Below, one piece after another: positions 16,976 to 26,113 of a DNA stretch of 35,358 nucleotides (position 1 is the stretch's first letter; each line of letters begins with the position of its first letter). Source of the stretch: Oscillospiraceae bacterium (GTDB taxonomy: Bacteria; Bacillota; Clostridia; Oscillospirales; Ruminococcaceae); assembly GCA_019423445.1 (NCBI GenBank), contig JAHZBJ010000001.1, positions 1-35,358 on the forward strand. Direction: 5' to 3'. The notes beneath the pieces were generated by a model. It saw nothing but the letters and a program-made list of their open reading frames with translations, was not told the origin of the DNA and made no database searches. The translations under genes were made by a program, and so were the position numbers.

Positions 16976-17650
16976 ATGAGATTGCTGCTTGCCGAAGATG
17001 AAAAGGCTCTCTCCAAGGCGCTTACCGCTATTTTGGAGCGAAACAATTATTCTGTGGATCCCGTCTGCGACGGCCAGGCCGCGTTGGAATATCTGGAATG
17101 CGGCAACTACGACGGTGTGATCCTGGATATTATGATGCCAAAAGTGGACGGGATCACCGTGCTCCGGGAACTCCGGAAAAGGGGCAGCCGGATCCCCGTA
17201 CTGCTTCTGACCGCCAAGTCGGAGGTGGACGACAAGGTCCTGGGGCTGGATGCAGGAGCCAACGACTACCTCACCAAACCCTTCAACTCCAGGGAGCTGC
17301 TGGCAAGAATCCGGGCAATGACCCGCCCCCAGGGGGCCCCGGCAACTTCGCTGCTGCAGATGGGCAACGTAACTCTGGACCGTTCCACCTTTGAACTCTC
17401 CACCCCCACAGGCAGCTTCCGTCTGGCCAACAAAGAATACCAGATCCTTGAGCTTCTGATGAGCCAGCCCCACGCCCTGATCTCCTCGGAGCGCTTTATG
17501 GAAAAGATCTGGGGCTACGACAGCGAAGCGGAGATCAACGTGGTGTGGGTGTACATCTCATATCTGCGGAAAAAGCTGACGGCCCTCCACGCCAATATCC
17601 AGATCAAGGCAACCCGGAACGCCGGCTATTCCCTGGAGGACATCTCATGA
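16976..17650 (+). CDS. OmpR/PhoB-family response regulator
   Basis: LLAEDE, LDIMMP phosphoacceptor, LTAK, GANDYLTKPF and winged-helix VWVYISYLRKK. Confidence 0.95.
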   Translation: MRLLLAEDEKALSKALTAILERNNYSVDPVCDGQAALEYLECGNYDGVILDIMMPKVDGITVLRELRKRGSRIPVLLLTAKSEVDDKVLGLDAGANDYLTKPFNSRELLARIRAMTRPQGAPATSLLQMGNVTLDRSTFELSTPTGSFRLANKEYQILELLMSQPHALISSERFMEKIWGYDSEAEINVVWVYISYLRKKLTALHANIQIKATRNAGYSLEDIS

Positions 17651-18894
17651 TCAAAAAGCTGCGCATCAAGCTCATTACCGCCGCCATGGCTTCCCTTTTT
17701 GTGGTTTTGTTCATTATTATGGGCTGCATCAGCGCCCTGAACTACCGGGAAGTGGTAACAAACGCTGACAGCATCCTGGCGCTGCTGGCGGCAAACGACG
17801 GCGTCTTTCCCGATATGTCCAACCCTTCCAACGAAAAACTTCCCCCTGAAAAAATGCGGAAAAAGGACCATCCTTTTTCCCCCGAACTCCCCTACGAGTC
17901 CCGGTATTTTTCCGTATTTCTCAACAGCAGCGGAGACATCATCTCTGTAAACACCGGCAAGATCGCCGCCGTGGATACCTCCGCCGCCATTGAGTATGCC
18001 CAGACGGTGTGGGAGAAAGGGCGCACCGGCGGTTTTATTGAGATCTACCGCTATACCGCCTATTCCGTGGGGTCGGAGACCCACATCATTTTCCTGGACT
18101 GCAGCCGGAACCTGGAAACCCTGAGCACCTTTGTCCTGACGGGGATGGGGGTCTCCGCCGTAGGGCTGCTGCTGGTGCTGGTGCTGCTGATTATTTTGTC
18201 CGGACGCATTGTAAAACCCTTTTCGGAAAGCTACGAAAAACAAAAGCGCTTCATCACCGACGCCGGACATGAGCTCAAGACGCCCCTGACCATTATCGAC
18301 GCCGACGCTGAGATTCTGGAAATGGATCTGGGGGAAAACGAATGGCTCAGCGACATCCGCTCCCAAACCAAGCGCCTTACCGACCTGACCAACGCCCTGA
18401 TTCTCCTCTCCCGGATGGATGAGGAGCAGCCCCGGATCCAGATGATCGACTTCCCCTTGTCGGATGTGGCGGAAGAAACCGCCCAGACCTTCCAGGCCCT
18501 GGCCAAAACCCAGGACAAAACCCTGACGGCCACTATAGCGCCTATGATATCCATGCGGGGAGACGAGCCGTCCATCCGCAGGCTCATTGCCATTCTGCTG
18601 GACAACGCCGTCAAATATTCCGATCCCGGGGGCCAGATCTCTCTCTCCCTGGAAAAGCAGAAAAACAGCATCCAGCTGCAGGTGTACAACACCGCTCAAT
18701 TTGTTTCCAGGGAAAACCTGGGGCATTTGTTTGACCGCTTCTACCGGACGGACCAGTCCCGGAATTCTCAGACCGGCGGCTATGGCCTGGGGCTCTCCAT
18801 CGCCTCCGCCATTGTAAACGCCCACAAGGGCAGGATCTCCGCCGCCACAAAGGATCAGCAATCCCTGCAGATCACCGTCACATTTCCCCTCTGA
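17647..18894 (+). CDS. Sensor histidine kinase
   Basis: Two TMs, H-box FITDAGHELKTPL, N-box LLDNAVKY, LFDRFYR and GYGLGLSIA; ATGA overlap with the regulator. Confidence 0.95.
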   Translation: MIKKLRIKLITAAMASLFVVLFIIMGCISALNYREVVTNADSILALLAANDGVFPDMSNPSNEKLPPEKMRKKDHPFSPELPYESRYFSVFLNSSGDIISVNTGKIAAVDTSAAIEYAQTVWEKGRTGGFIEIYRYTAYSVGSETHIIFLDCSRNLETLSTFVLTGMGVSAVGLLLVLVLLIILSGRIVKPFSESYEKQKRFITDAGHELKTPLTIIDADAEILEMDLGENEWLSDIRSQTKRLTDLTNALILLSRMDEEQPRIQMIDFPLSDVAEETAQTFQALAKTQDKTLTATIAPMISMRGDEPSIRRLIAILLDNAVKYSDPGGQISLSLEKQKNSIQLQVYNTAQFVSRENLGHLFDRFYRTDQSRNSQTGGYGLGLSIASAIVNAHKGRISAATKDQQSLQITVTFPL

Positions 18895-18906
18895 CCTTTC
18901 CCTCCC

Positions 18907-18951
18907 AAAAGGCGGGGTGCAGCACAATTTCCAGTGCTGCACCCCGCCTTT
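18907..18951. terminator. Intrinsic terminator after the two-component system
   Basis: AAAAGGCGGGGTGCAGCAC / GTGCTGCACCCCGCCTTTT perfect inverted repeat. Confidence 0.88.
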
Positions 18952-18959
18952 TCCAATTA

Positions 18960-19015
18960 TTTAAATTTCCATTAAAGTTCCCTTTTAAGTTCCGTTAAGG
19001 TAACGGCTCTATACT
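18960..19015 (+). promoter_or_regulatory. Putative response-regulator-activated promoter of the VTC operon
   Basis: Four imperfect direct repeats (TTAAATTTCC, TAAAGTTCC, TTAAGTTCC, TTAAGGT) at 10-12 bp period in place of a -35; -10 TATACT at 19010. Confidence 0.65.
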
Positions 19016-19108
19016 GATAGCATCGAAATCCATTCCGGGTTGTGGTGGGACCCGGCAAAATTCCACCACCGGAAAATCCCGGAAACCATGTTAAAGGAGG
19101 CTCTCCAA

Positions 19109-19828
19109 ATGGCCTATCAGGCGACATTCAAACGATACGAGCTGAAGTACCTTCTTTCCAGGCAGGAGAAGGAGCGGCTGCAGGAAGTCATGGCGTCCTG
19201 CATGCGGCTGGATAAATATGGCCGCACCACCATCCGCAACATCTATTTTGACACGGACACCTTCCGGCTGATCCGGCGTTCCCTGGAAAAACCCGCCTAC
19301 AAGGAAAAACTCCGCATCCGCAGCTATCAGCGGGCCGGATCCCAGGATCCCGTTTTTGTGGAACTGAAAAAGAAATACAAAAACGTGGTGTATAAGCGGC
19401 GTCTGGTACTCCCGGAGCACCAGGCGGCTGCCAGTTTCCGGGAGGGGCGTGCCCTGCCGGTCCGCTCCCAGATCGGAGATGAGATCCAATACTTTCGGGA
19501 GTATTACCAGCCCCTGCGCCCAGCGGTGTTCCTCTCCTATGAGCGGGAGGCCTACTACGCCCTGGACGGCAGCGACTTCCGGGTCACCTTCGACGAAAAC
19601 ATTCTCTACCGGGATGAGGATTTCTCCCTGGGCAGCGACGTCTACGGTGCCCCCCTGCTGGGGGAGGGGAAAACCCTCATGGAAATCAAAACCTCCGGGG
19701 GCATCCCCCTTTGGATGAGCCACTGGCTCACAAAAGAGCAGATCTTCAAAACCTCGTTTTCCAAATACGGTTCGGCTTACCAACACATGCTGGCACGTCA
19801 AATGCAGGGAGGGCTTCGTTATGCTTGA
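19109..19828 (+). CDS. VTC / polyphosphate polymerase domain protein (CYTH/TTM superfamily)
   Basis: KRYELKY (ExK), IYFDT, KLRIRSY, ELKKK, KRR, YEREAY, RVTFD, MEIK and FSKY; AAGGAGG RBS. Confidence 0.9.
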   Translation: MAYQATFKRYELKYLLSRQEKERLQEVMASCMRLDKYGRTTIRNIYFDTDTFRLIRRSLEKPAYKEKLRIRSYQRAGSQDPVFVELKKKYKNVVYKRRLVLPEHQAAASFREGRALPVRSQIGDEIQYFREYYQPLRPAVFLSYEREAYYALDGSDFRVTFDENILYRDEDFSLGSDVYGAPLLGEGKTLMEIKTSGGIPLWMSHWLTKEQIFKTSFSKYGSAYQHMLARQMQGGLRYA

Positions 19829-20516
19829 CAATTTGTTCCGTGGGATCTTCGACACCGATATGACCAGCGTCATCGCTGTATCGGACTTTCTGGTCTGCGT
19901 GGGGTGCGCTCTGGCCATCGGACTGATCCTGGCCGGATGCTATATGTACCGGACCCGCTATACCAAAAGCTTTGTGGCCACTCTGGCGCTGCTCCCCGCG
20001 GTGGTGTGCGTGGTCATTATGATGGTCAACGGCAACGTTGGCACCGGCGTCGCCGTGGCGGGAGCCTTCAGTCTGGTCCGCTTCCGCTCTGTGCCGGGTT
20101 CCGCCAAAGAGATCGGCGCCATCTTCCTGGCCATGGGCACCGGCCTGGTGGTGGGGATGGGGTATCTGGGCTACGCCTTCCTCTTCGCCATTGTCCTGGG
20201 CTTTGTGAGTATGCTGTATAACCGCTTTGATTTCGGTTCCAGAAAGAACTCCGCCCTGTACAAAACCCTCCACATCACCATCCCCGAGGACCTGGACTAC
20301 ACCGGCGTTTTCGACGGGATTCTGAAAAAGTATACTTCCGCCTACGAACTCACCCAGGTGAAAACCACCAACATGGGCAGCCTGTTCCGGCTCACCTACA
20401 ACCTGATCCTTCGGGATGCGAAAAACGAAAAGGAACTTATTGACAAACTCCGCTGCCGCAACGGCAATCTGGAAATCACCGTTTCCAAACAGGAAACCGT
20501 GATGGGAGAACTGTAA
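19821..20516 (+). CDS. DUF4956-family membrane protein
   Basis: IMMVNGNVGTGVAVAGAFSLVRFRSVPGSAKEI and C-terminal LRCRNGNLEI; overlaps the VTC gene by 8 nt. Confidence 0.88.
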   Translation: MLDNLFRGIFDTDMTSVIAVSDFLVCVGCALAIGLILAGCYMYRTRYTKSFVATLALLPAVVCVVIMMVNGNVGTGVAVAGAFSLVRFRSVPGSAKEIGAIFLAMGTGLVVGMGYLGYAFLFAIVLGFVSMLYNRFDFGSRKNSALYKTLHITIPEDLDYTGVFDGILKKYTSAYELTQVKTTNMGSLFRLTYNLILRDAKNEKELIDKLRCRNGNLEITVSKQETVMGEL

Positions 20517-20533
20517 AGGAGGCAACCATTACA

Positions 20534-22366
20534 ATGATTCAAGGAAGAATATTCCCGCTTTTTTTGGCGGTTATGGTTTTTCTGGCGGGATGCAGCACAA
20601 ATACCGCCAGCACCGGAGAGACCAGTTCCGGGGGCAGCCAAAGCTCCTCCGGCATCTCCGCCGTGACTCAGACCAGCACAGACTCCTCCGGGATGTTTAC
20701 CGACCGGGATATGGAGATCGGATACGACGAGGGAAGCAGCGCCCAAATCCTTCTTTCCGGTGACAGCGCCTCCTGCAGCTCCAACGCCGTGGAGATCTCC
20801 GGCAGCACCATTACCATCACCGACGAGGGGACCTACCTTCTGTCCGGCACCCTGAACGACGGAATGATCGTGGTCAATGCGGGGGATTCCGACAAAGTCC
20901 AGCTGGTGCTGGATGGAGTGGATATCACCAGCTCCACCTCCGCCGCCATCTACGTCCTGGAAGCCGACAAAGTGTTCATCACCACCGCCGCCGGCTCCGA
21001 TAACGTTCTCTCCAACGGTGGGGAGTTTGTGGCCATAGATGAGAACAACATTGACGCCGCCGTCTTTTCCAAGGCGGATCTGACCCTCAATGGCGCCGGA
21101 ACACTGACTGTCAATTCCCCCGCCGGGCATGGGATCGTTTCCAAGGATGACCTTGTCCTTACCAGCGGCACCTATGATATCACCGCCGCAAGCCAGGGCA
21201 TCTCCGGCAAGGACAGTGTGCGGATCGCCAGCGGCACCTATACCATCACCTCCGGCAAGGATGGTATCCACGCGGAAAACGCCGATGACGCCAGTCTTGG
21301 ATTCCTCTACATCGCAGGCGGCAGCTTTACCATCACGGCGGAGGGGGACGGCATCAGCGCCAGCTCCTACGCCCTGGTGGAGGACGGCACCTACACCATT
21401 GAGGCAGGAGGCGGAAGCGCCAACGCCGTTGTGGAAAGCAGCAGCCAAAACTTCCGGCCGGGAAGCATGAACCAAACCACCGACACCACCGATGATTCCG
21501 CCAGCACCAAGGGGATCAAGGCGGCCACCAGCCTCACCATCAACGGCGGCAGCTTCACCATCGATTCGGCGGACGATTCCCTTCACTCCAACGGAGACCT
21601 TGCCATCAATGGCGGTACCTTTGAGATCTCCACCGGCGATGACGGCATCCACGCCGATTCCGCCGTCACCATCTCCGCCGGAGAAATCAACATCTCCCAA
21701 AGCTATGAAGGCATCGAGGGGCTGACCATTGACATCACCGGAGGGAACATCTCTCTGGTCTCCAGCGACGACGGCCTCAACGCCGCCGGCGGCAATGACA
21801 GCAGCGGCTTCGGCGGACGCGGCGGGGATATGTTCAGCGCCACTGAGGGCGTGTATATCCAGATTTCCGGCGGCGTCCTCCACATCGACGCTTCCGGAGA
21901 CGGCATCGACTCCAACGGAGACCTCATCGTCACCGGCGGGGAGACCTATGTGTCCGGTCCCACCAGCAGCGGAGACGGCGCTTTGGACTACTCCGGCGAC
22001 GCCACCATCAGCGGCGGCATCGTAGTGGCTGTGGGTCCTTCGGGTATGGCCCAGAATTTCGGCACCTCCTCCACACAGGGAGCCATCATGGTCAGTGTGG
22101 ATTCCTGCCCCGGCGGCAGCACGGTGTCCCTCTCTGACAGCAGCGGCAACCAGCTGGTGTCCTGGCAGCCGGACAAAGCCTATTCCTGCGTCGTCATCAG
22201 CTGCCCTGAGATCACCCAGGGCTCCACCTATACCCTCACCACAGGGGATTCCTCCACCCAGATCACCATGGACAGCCTGATCTACGGCTCCGGCGGCATG
22301 GGCGGCGGCATGCACGGCGGCAATATGGGCGGCATGGGCGGCGGAAACCGGGGCGGCCGGCCCTAA
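20534..22366 (+). CDS. Cthe_2159-like (DUF4353) beta-helix carbohydrate-binding lipoprotein
   Basis: Lipobox FLAGC, ITDEGTYLLSG, VQLVLDGVDIT, repeated I.GG.F.I...DDGIH(S/A) coils, DGIDSNG and MAQNF; Gly/Met-rich tail. Confidence 0.88.
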   Translation: MIQGRIFPLFLAVMVFLAGCSTNTASTGETSSGGSQSSSGISAVTQTSTDSSGMFTDRDMEIGYDEGSSAQILLSGDSASCSSNAVEISGSTITITDEGTYLLSGTLNDGMIVVNAGDSDKVQLVLDGVDITSSTSAAIYVLEADKVFITTAAGSDNVLSNGGEFVAIDENNIDAAVFSKADLTLNGAGTLTVNSPAGHGIVSKDDLVLTSGTYDITAASQGISGKDSVRIASGTYTITSGKDGIHAENADDASLGFLYIAGGSFTITAEGDGISASSYALVEDGTYTIEAGGGSANAVVESSSQNFRPGSMNQTTDTTDDSASTKGIKAATSLTINGGSFTIDSADDSLHSNGDLAINGGTFEISTGDDGIHADSAVTISAGEINISQSYEGIEGLTIDITGGNISLVSSDDGLNAAGGNDSSGFGGRGGDMFSATEGVYIQISGGVLHIDASGDGIDSNGDLIVTGGETYVSGPTSSGDGALDYSGDATISGGIVVAVGPSGMAQNFGTSSTQGAIMVSVDSCPGGSTVSLSDSSGNQLVSWQPDKAYSCVVISCPEITQGSTYTLTTGDSSTQITMDSLIYGSGGMGGGMHGGNMGGMGGGNRGGRP

Positions 22367-22463
22367 GCCGGGATCCCGCTTGGGGGCAGACCCCAGGCGG
22401 GATCCACCGCCTTCCCGGGGCTTTCTCCTGATACCCCAGCACCCAACAGAAAAGGAGGAGAAA

Positions 22464-23513
22464 ATGGAACCTCTGAAAATCGCCCTGGTTCCGGCCTATG
22501 AACCTGCGCCGCTGCTGTTGCAGCTGCTTTGGGAACTGAAAAACGCAGGGTTCGAAACCGTTATGGTAAACGACGGCAGCTCCAAGGAAAAAGACGGGCT
22601 TTTTCTCCAAGCCTCGGAATATGCCGTGGTCCTGAAACATCCGGAAAACCGGGGCAAGGGCCGCGCTCTCAAGACAGGACTCGATTACATCCAAAGCCAC
22701 TATCCTCCAGGGTATGTGGTGGTAACCCTGGACGCTGACGGGCAGCACACCGTAACAGACGCCCTAAGAGTCTGGGAAAGCGCCCGGGAGCACCCCGGCC
22801 AGCTGATCCTGGGCAGCAGGGGACTGAAGGAGAAGGTCCCGGTGCGGAGCCGGTTAGGCAATACCATCACCCGGTTTGTGTACCGGCTGTCAACAGGTGT
22901 TGGGGTCCACGACACCCAGACCGGACTCCGGGCCTTTGACAGCCGTCTTATCCCCCCATTCCTGGAAGTGCCGGGAGAACGGTACGAATATGAAATGAAC
23001 GTCCTTCTCTGCTGCCCACGCCAAGGCATCCCCATCCGGGAGGTGGAGATCCAAACCATCTATATGGACAACAACTCTTCTTCCCACTTCGACACCTTGC
23101 GGGATTCCTACCGTATCTACAAGGAGATTCTGAAATTCTCAGCGGTCTCCCTGACCTGCTTCCTTGTGGACTACGCCCTTTACAGTCTGTTGCTCCTGCT
23201 TCCCTTTTGGCGGGGTGCCTCCGGCAGCCTTGCGGCAGCCAACGTCGGAGCCAGAGCAGTAAGCGCAGCCCTCAACTACACCCTGAACCGGAAGCTGGTT
23301 TTTCAAAGCAAAAACAGCGTGAGGAAATCGGCCTTTCAGTATTTTCTTCTGGCGGCGGCCATCCTGGCGGGGAACACCCTGGTGCTGGCCTTTCTGGCAG
23401 AGGGGCTGGGGGTAAACCGGTTTGCCGCCAAACTCTGCACCGAACTGCTTTTCTTTGCAGCCAGCTGGATGGTGCAGAGATCCCTCATCTTCAGAAGAAA
23501 GGACGGCGCATAA
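22464..23513 (+). CDS. Bifunctional GT2 (polyprenol-phosphate glycosyltransferase-like) / GtrA protein
   Basis: VPAYEP, VNDGS, NRGKGRALK, DADGQH, DTQTGLR and RYEYE, plus a C-terminal four-TM GtrA domain (NYTLNRKLVF); AAGGAGG RBS. Confidence 0.9.
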   Translation: MEPLKIALVPAYEPAPLLLQLLWELKNAGFETVMVNDGSSKEKDGLFLQASEYAVVLKHPENRGKGRALKTGLDYIQSHYPPGYVVVTLDADGQHTVTDALRVWESAREHPGQLILGSRGLKEKVPVRSRLGNTITRFVYRLSTGVGVHDTQTGLRAFDSRLIPPFLEVPGERYEYEMNVLLCCPRQGIPIREVEIQTIYMDNNSSSHFDTLRDSYRIYKEILKFSAVSLTCFLVDYALYSLLLLLPFWRGASGSLAAANVGARAVSAALNYTLNRKLVFQSKNSVRKSAFQYFLLAAAILAGNTLVLAFLAEGLGVNRFAAKLCTELLFFAASWMVQRSLIFRRKDGA

Positions 23514-23517
23514 TCCT

Positions 23518-24462
23518 GTGCACTTTTTCAAAGCTCACTGGTGGGCGGTGCTGTACAGCGTTCTCCTGACCCTGTTCACCTTTTATCTCGCCATGGATAC
23601 CTTCGTCATTCCCAGGGTATATGTGGTGGTGCCCCAGTCAAGCGGCGCCCCATCCTCTGCCGCTGCGGCCTCCGGCCAAAGCATCCCAGAGGGATCCACA
23701 ACCCCGGACAGCGGGCCTGCCTCAGAGCCTGCGGTCTCTGAGAACTCCTACCAGGACGAAAACATTTCCATCACCTTGACGGAATACCGGGAGCACGAAA
23801 CCTCCATCTATGTGGCTGACGTGGTTTTATCTTCCCCGGAATATCTCCAAACCGCCCTGGCCCAGAACGCTTACGGCCGCAACGTAACGGCTAAGACCTC
23901 TGAAATCGCCGGGGATGTGGGGGCGATCCTTGCCATCAACGGGGACTACTACGGAGTGCAGGAGAAGGGATATGTGATCCGCAACGGCGTCCTGTACCGC
24001 AGCACCACCGTCCCGGACCGGGAGGACCTGGTGATCTATGAGGACGGTTCCCTGGACATCATCTCCGAAGGGGAGGTGACCGCCGAGGAACTGCTGGCGG
24101 ACGGCGTCCAACAGCTTCTTTCCTTCGGCCCCCCGCTGATTGTGGATGGCGCGGTATCCGTCACCGAAAAGGACGAGGTGGGAAAAGCCATGGAGAACAA
24201 CCCCAGAACCGCCATAGGCATCATTGACAGCCTGCACTACGTATTTGTGGTCTCCGACGGACGCACCTCCCAAAGCACCGGCCTGTCTCTTCTCCAGCTG
24301 GCGGAATTCATGGAGGGGCTGGGGGTCTCCACCGCCTACAACCTGGACGGCGGCGGCTCCTCCACCATGTATTTTAACGGCCAGGTGGTCAACAACCCCA
24401 CCACCAACGGGAGGACCATTACCGAAAGGAGCGTGAGCGACATTGTCTGGATCGGCTACTGA
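23518..24462 (+). CDS. Phosphodiester glycosidase (NAGPA/DUF2233) family protein, membrane-anchored
   Basis: AINGDYY, SFGPPL, NPRTAIG, VSDGR and AYNLDGGGSS; N-terminal TM; GTG start inferred. Confidence 0.88.
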   Translation: MHFFKAHWWAVLYSVLLTLFTFYLAMDTFVIPRVYVVVPQSSGAPSSAAAASGQSIPEGSTTPDSGPASEPAVSENSYQDENISITLTEYREHETSIYVADVVLSSPEYLQTALAQNAYGRNVTAKTSEIAGDVGAILAINGDYYGVQEKGYVIRNGVLYRSTTVPDREDLVIYEDGSLDIISEGEVTAEELLADGVQQLLSFGPPLIVDGAVSVTEKDEVGKAMENNPRTAIGIIDSLHYVFVVSDGRTSQSTGLSLLQLAEFMEGLGVSTAYNLDGGGSSTMYFNGQVVNNPTTNGRTITERSVSDIVWIGY

Positions 24463-24475
24463 AAAGCGCCGCAGA

Positions 24476-24892
24476 ATGGCCAGGACCTGTCTTGTCTACC
24501 TGCTCCTGACGGTGTTCTGCGCTTTGTTCGGGGCTGTTTACGAGTCTTTCAGCCACGGGGTCTTTTCTTACTTCATGCTTTACGCCTTCGCTTTTCCTCT
24601 GGTCTGGGGGGGCCTCCCCTTCTTTCTCATGGCCTTCTCCCGCTGCCCCCTCCCCGGCAGGGCGGCCCTGAACCTGTATCATTCCGGTATCGCGGCCCTG
24701 ACTGTGGGAAGCATTTTCCAGGGGGTCCTGGAGATCTACGGCACCACCAACCGCCTGATTGCAGTCTACTGGGCTGCAGGAGCGCTTTTGACCGCTGGGG
24801 GGATTCTTCTCTGCCTTCCAGCCCTGGGAAAGAAACCATCATCCAAGGCCCCAGGCGGGCTATCCTCCAAAAAGCCTGAGGACCTGTGGTAA
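24476..24892 (+). CDS. Hypothetical four-TM membrane protein
   Basis: Hydrophobic ORF directly after the glycosidase (YESFSHGV, LYHSGIAALTVGS, GVLEIYGT); start could alternatively be 24443. Confidence 0.75.
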   Translation: MARTCLVYLLLTVFCALFGAVYESFSHGVFSYFMLYAFAFPLVWGGLPFFLMAFSRCPLPGRAALNLYHSGIAALTVGSIFQGVLEIYGTTNRLIAVYWAAGALLTAGGILLCLPALGKKPSSKAPGGLSSKKPEDLW

Positions 24893-24924
24893 TTCTTCCT
24901 TCAGTAAAAACACCCAGGACGAAT

Positions 24925-24960
24925 AAGGGCCGGAGGCAAAAATGCCTCCGGCCCTTTCTT
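24925..24960. terminator. Bidirectional terminator between convergent operons
   Basis: AAGGGCCGGAGGCA / TGCCTCCGGCCCTT inverted repeat. Confidence 0.8.
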
Positions 24961-25012
24961 ATGGTTTGGAAAAGGGTTCCAGGCGCAAACCTGGATTCTT
25001 TCATCTTCCGGG

Positions 25013-26113
25013 TCAGCGGACGGTCAGCTGCACCAGCTTCCACCCCTGGGGGGTCTGGATAAAATCCAACCGGTAGCTGGATGGGTAGCGGTACTCCTTA
25101 TATCCCCGGTAGATCAGATAGTCAAAAGAGAGACTGGCGCTGAAGGCATTCTCCCCCGCCATGGTTATTTCCTCCCGAACCAGATTTTCATAGGAATAGG
25201 AGGTATGCTCGATATACCAACCGTTATAAAATTCCTGGATGGCCTTGTAAAAAGGTGTCCCCTGGAGAAGGTACTGATTCAGGTCCTGGCGCTGGGCATC
25301 TGAGGTGATGAAAGCGGCGTAGGTCTTTGCGGCCTCCTCCGCCAGCTTCCAGTATCCCTCCTCCGCGTCTTTGGGGGGCGCCACCGTCACCGAAGCCGTC
25401 TGGCGGTCCTTCTCTTCCTTCAGGGAGGTGACGCCGCACTGGGTCCCCTCCGGTCCGGAAACGGTCAGCTCCGGCGGTGCCAGCAGTCCTTCCACCCGGT
25501 AGGTAATCCACTGAGGGGCATTTACCCCCTCCGGCAGTTCCTCATAACCGGGAGCGGGCTGTTCCCCAACCCTGTATTGGCCGTCCAGCTCCAGGCCGTT
25601 TACCGAGACCGTTACAAACTCGGGGGACAGAATCTCCACCGGCAAAACAGGTTCCACCACCGTCCGGACTTTCCACTTCCGGCCGCTCCCCGCCGGGGCC
25701 TCCAGCAGCTCCAGCCGGGCTATCTCCTGCTCCCCGGAAACGATGGCGTAGGTCTGGTTCTCCCCGCTTACCCGCACCAGGGTGTAATCCTTGGGGAGTT
25801 TCTGGTACTTTTGCCGCAGGTAATCGATGTAATCTTCCCGGTCTGCCACTGGGGTGGGCTGGAAGCCGGAATCCTCCCAAATCAGGTCCCATTTCTCCTG
25901 GCGCACCTGCTCCAGATAGCGGCGGACCGAGGACTCGGGGGTGTTGGCCTCGTACTGGGCCAGCTCCCGCCACAGCCAACCCAGCAGGGCTGCGCCTATC
26001 ACCAGCAGCACGGCGGCAAAGACCGAAAGGCCCCTCAGAAACCCCCGCCGGCTGCGCTTGGCAGAAATCGACATGATCCTTTGCTCCTTATTCTTGGTTT
26101 CTTCCGGCATCAT
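25013..26113 (-). CDS. Hypothetical single-TM protein with large extracytoplasmic region
   Basis: Basic N-terminus, one TM, about 310-aa soluble region; overlaps the upstream gene by 4 nt. Confidence 0.75.
   Translation of the reverse strand: MMPEETKNKEQRIMSISAKRSRRGFLRGLSVFAAVLLVIGAALLGWLWRELAQYEANTPESSVRRYLEQVRQEKWDLIWEDSGFQPTPVADREDYIDYLRQKYQKLPKDYTLVRVSGENQTYAIVSGEQEIARLELLEAPAGSGRKWKVRTVVEPVLPVEILSPEFVTVSVNGLELDGQYRVGEQPAPGYEELPEGVNAPQWITYRVEGLLAPPELTVSGPEGTQCGVTSLKEEKDRQTASVTVAPPKDAEEGYWKLAEEAAKTYAAFITSDAQRQDLNQYLLQGTPFYKAIQEFYNGWYIEHTSYSYENLVREEITMAGENAFSASLSFDYLIYRGYKEYRYPSSYRLDFIQTPQGWKLVQLTVR

Noticed and set aside
18960..19000. CRISPR array or minisatellite
   Set aside because: Repeats are about 10 bp, imperfect and without spacers; no cas genes; better fit to regulator boxes.
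15667..25000. Intact integrative element or prophage at ssrA
   Set aside because: No integrase, relaxase or phage genes, and no second copy of the ssrA 3' end seen by eye.
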